Both the position numbers and the translations under genes were made by a program. A model generated the notes under the pieces. It was not told where the DNA came from, ran no database searches, and worked only from the letters and a program-made list of their open reading frames with translations. A DNA stretch of 62,938 nucleotides, the filler included, from Lenisia limosa (lineage: Eukaryota > Protista > Breviatea): the NCBI GenBank assembly GCA_001655205.1. It is 12 parts of 12 records of this genome, joined end to end, with 100 filler letters (N's around TTAATTAATTAA, not from the genome) between each part and the next. Parts side by side here need not be neighbours in the genome. Positions count along the whole stretch, not along the records: positions 60,790 to 62,938 come from LPNZ01000143.1; 11 more parts are not named here. One strand, 5' to 3'. How positions within the stretch are numbered: the first letter of the stretch is position 1; the number at the start of each line of letters is the position of its first letter. This document shows positions 60,966-62,938 of the stretch, one piece after another.

Positions 60966-62880
60966 GTCAGCAGCACTGGTGTCAATGCTCATGGCCTCGC
61001 CGTTCTTCATGTGGCCATTGTATAGGGCTTCGATTGTCCTACATCTCTCCAACGTGGCTCTACATCTCTCGCTGATGATGCTGATCGGAAACAGTGGGTG
61101 TTTGGAAGTTTGAATATCGATCACACTAAAGCAGTGCAATCTGGACTATGATAAATTGCTGATATCCCAGAGTTTGACTTGTTCCTCGAGGACAATGGGG
61201 TCGGCCTTATCGCATTTTACTTCATCATCGCCACTTTCGTGCCGTAAGGGGGGCAATGGTAAGGCTGCAAATTCTAAAATTCTCATGATTCTTCCAATGT
61301 TTCACTTTGCTATTCTACTTTTTCAAGGATTTATCGATTGCTGCAAGTTGGCAGATGGTTTCCTCACCACCCAGACTTGGAGCGTATCGAATTGACTACA
61401 CCAAGCGACGAGAGTTCTACTTGCACTATCTTATGATGCTTGAAAATGAGTCCCTCAATCAGCAGCTCAGCGCTGCAGGGGTGGAATCGGTTGGGGGTTT
61501 CTTCTTTCTCGATAGGTCCATATTTTGGTTTTCTGGATTATTGTTTGCAATCCATATTTCAATCGCCTGCTCTTTTCATAATATTAAGCGAAGACCCTGT
61601 CCTAACCGCCTTAGAAAGACAGCAATGTGGACAGTGAGACGCGCAACTGGCTGATGGCGAATTATGCCTCCGCTGCCGAGGCTAGGAACGTCAGGAAGGG
61701 CGAAATGAATAGAAATAAATCTTGTGAGTGGGGTGACACCGAAATGTGAATTTAGTACCAAGTTGCCACTGTTCTTGTCAATGCCACTCTAATTAACGTA
61801 CGGGAATAAAAATTCAGCGTTATACATGTCATGGATTTTATTTAACACACAAAATTCTCATGTTTCAGCCAACTTGAAACACACTCCATCCGTGAGTCTT
61901 CAGCCATTACAGGTGAGAGAGCTAATCTGTATTTGTTTTCGTGTGTTACACTCATGCTTACGATAAAAGTTGATCCCTTAACTCAGATTTTTTTGATGAA
62001 ACCATGTTCTATGTTAAAAGTTGTCCATGATATTTCCTTCAGTACTCGTCTCACACTGCTAACGAAAATGTGAAACTGCTGGTACCGGGCCTTTTGAGCT
62101 TCTCTAATACGGTGAGGGTTACAGCCGTCAGGGTAATAGATTATGTATTAGGCGCATAGTACATAAATATGTTTACACAACATACTAATACATATGATAT
62201 TATATCACTATATATCATATATATGTATAATATATGATATATTATATGATATGTATGGATAGTATATGCATATATATCATGTGTATTATATTAGGCAGGT
62301 ACAGAGTTTATTGTTTAATCCCGTACTGGTGCGAATTAGTAACTGGTTATTACTACCTTTCTTCGTGTTTTACTTTTAATCTGTTTAGGTCATGGAAATC
62401 GCTAATCTCGAGCCTAAAAACGTGTTGAAAATTGTGGTATGAAAAGGTTATATTCTTCAAATTTTGCGTCTTCACTAATACTGCTACTATTCCATTTTTT
62501 CTCCTGTGCTTTCCCTCTTTCTTTGCTCTTTTCACTGGCTCCAGGGAATGTACATCATTGACGAACACCACAATTTGCTGAGCGAGTTTAACCTCTGGTG
62601 GGTGGGTGTGGCCCAATGTTTATGTTTGGGTCTCAAATTGCACCACAGAGTTGATCACATTTATTTTTAAATTTCATACACCTTAATACTGCGTATATTG
62701 TATCTCGATATATGTTCCAGTTCTTATTTTGCTGTTTATTTACCGAATAGTCCTGAGGTCTTCGAGAAATGGCTTGATTCGATTGAGAAACTCTACACCA
62801 GCGTCAACCCTTACCACAACGCCACGCATGCGGCTGATGTGCTATGTACAATGTCCTTCCTTGTCACTTCGGTTCCAAAG
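60966..62880 (+). CDS. Class I cyclic-nucleotide phosphodiesterase with probable upstream transmembrane segment(s), partial at both ends
   Basis: Exon 62751-62880 encodes EVFEKWLDSIEKLYTSVNPYHNATHAADVLCTM (class I PDE YHN..HAADV). Upstream exons encode GVGLIAFYFIIATFVP and DSETRNWLMANY; linkage of all exons into one gene is inferred. Confidence 0.85.
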
Positions 62881-62938
62881 GTGGGCTGCACACCCTGAGA
62901 GGATCAAGATTCAGAGTCATAATTCAAGTCTGTGACCC

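Overview
Eukaryotic genomic DNA from an unidentified, very intron-rich flagellated protist (two axonemal dynein heavy chains, standard genetic code, GT-AG introns, exons mostly 45-200 nt). The window is 12 assembly pieces joined by 11 artificial 100-nt linkers (N44-TTAATTAATTAA-N44), plus many ordinary N gaps next to G/C homopolymers. Almost all ORFs in the supplied track are spurious, so I rebuilt genes by hand from splice sites. Recognisable genes: inner-arm dynein alpha (DNAH10-like) 5' end, cytosolic lysyl-tRNA synthetase, two ankyrin-repeat genes, a coiled-coil gene, an ankyrin plus tandem-exon coiled-coil gene, a Kelch fragment, an ABHD/YheT-type hydrolase, a secreted protein, an outer-arm gamma-type dynein fragment, an S28 peptidase 3' end, a HEATR6-like gene and a class I phosphodiesterase. 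The most interesting signal is in the introns. Unrelated genes share intronic repeat modules: family C starts exactly at 5' splice sites in three introns, families B and D end at or just before 3' splice sites (one intron appears to be nothing but a B copy), and a TA-flanked palindromic MITE (family A, about 20 copies) sits inside introns. Donors are often followed by G-runs and acceptors preceded by C-runs, and short tandem duplications repeatedly span splice junctions. Together this suggests an Introner-like or splice-site-carrying repeat system, which is inference and needs genome-wide and RNA-seq testing. All coordinates and counts are manual and approximate.
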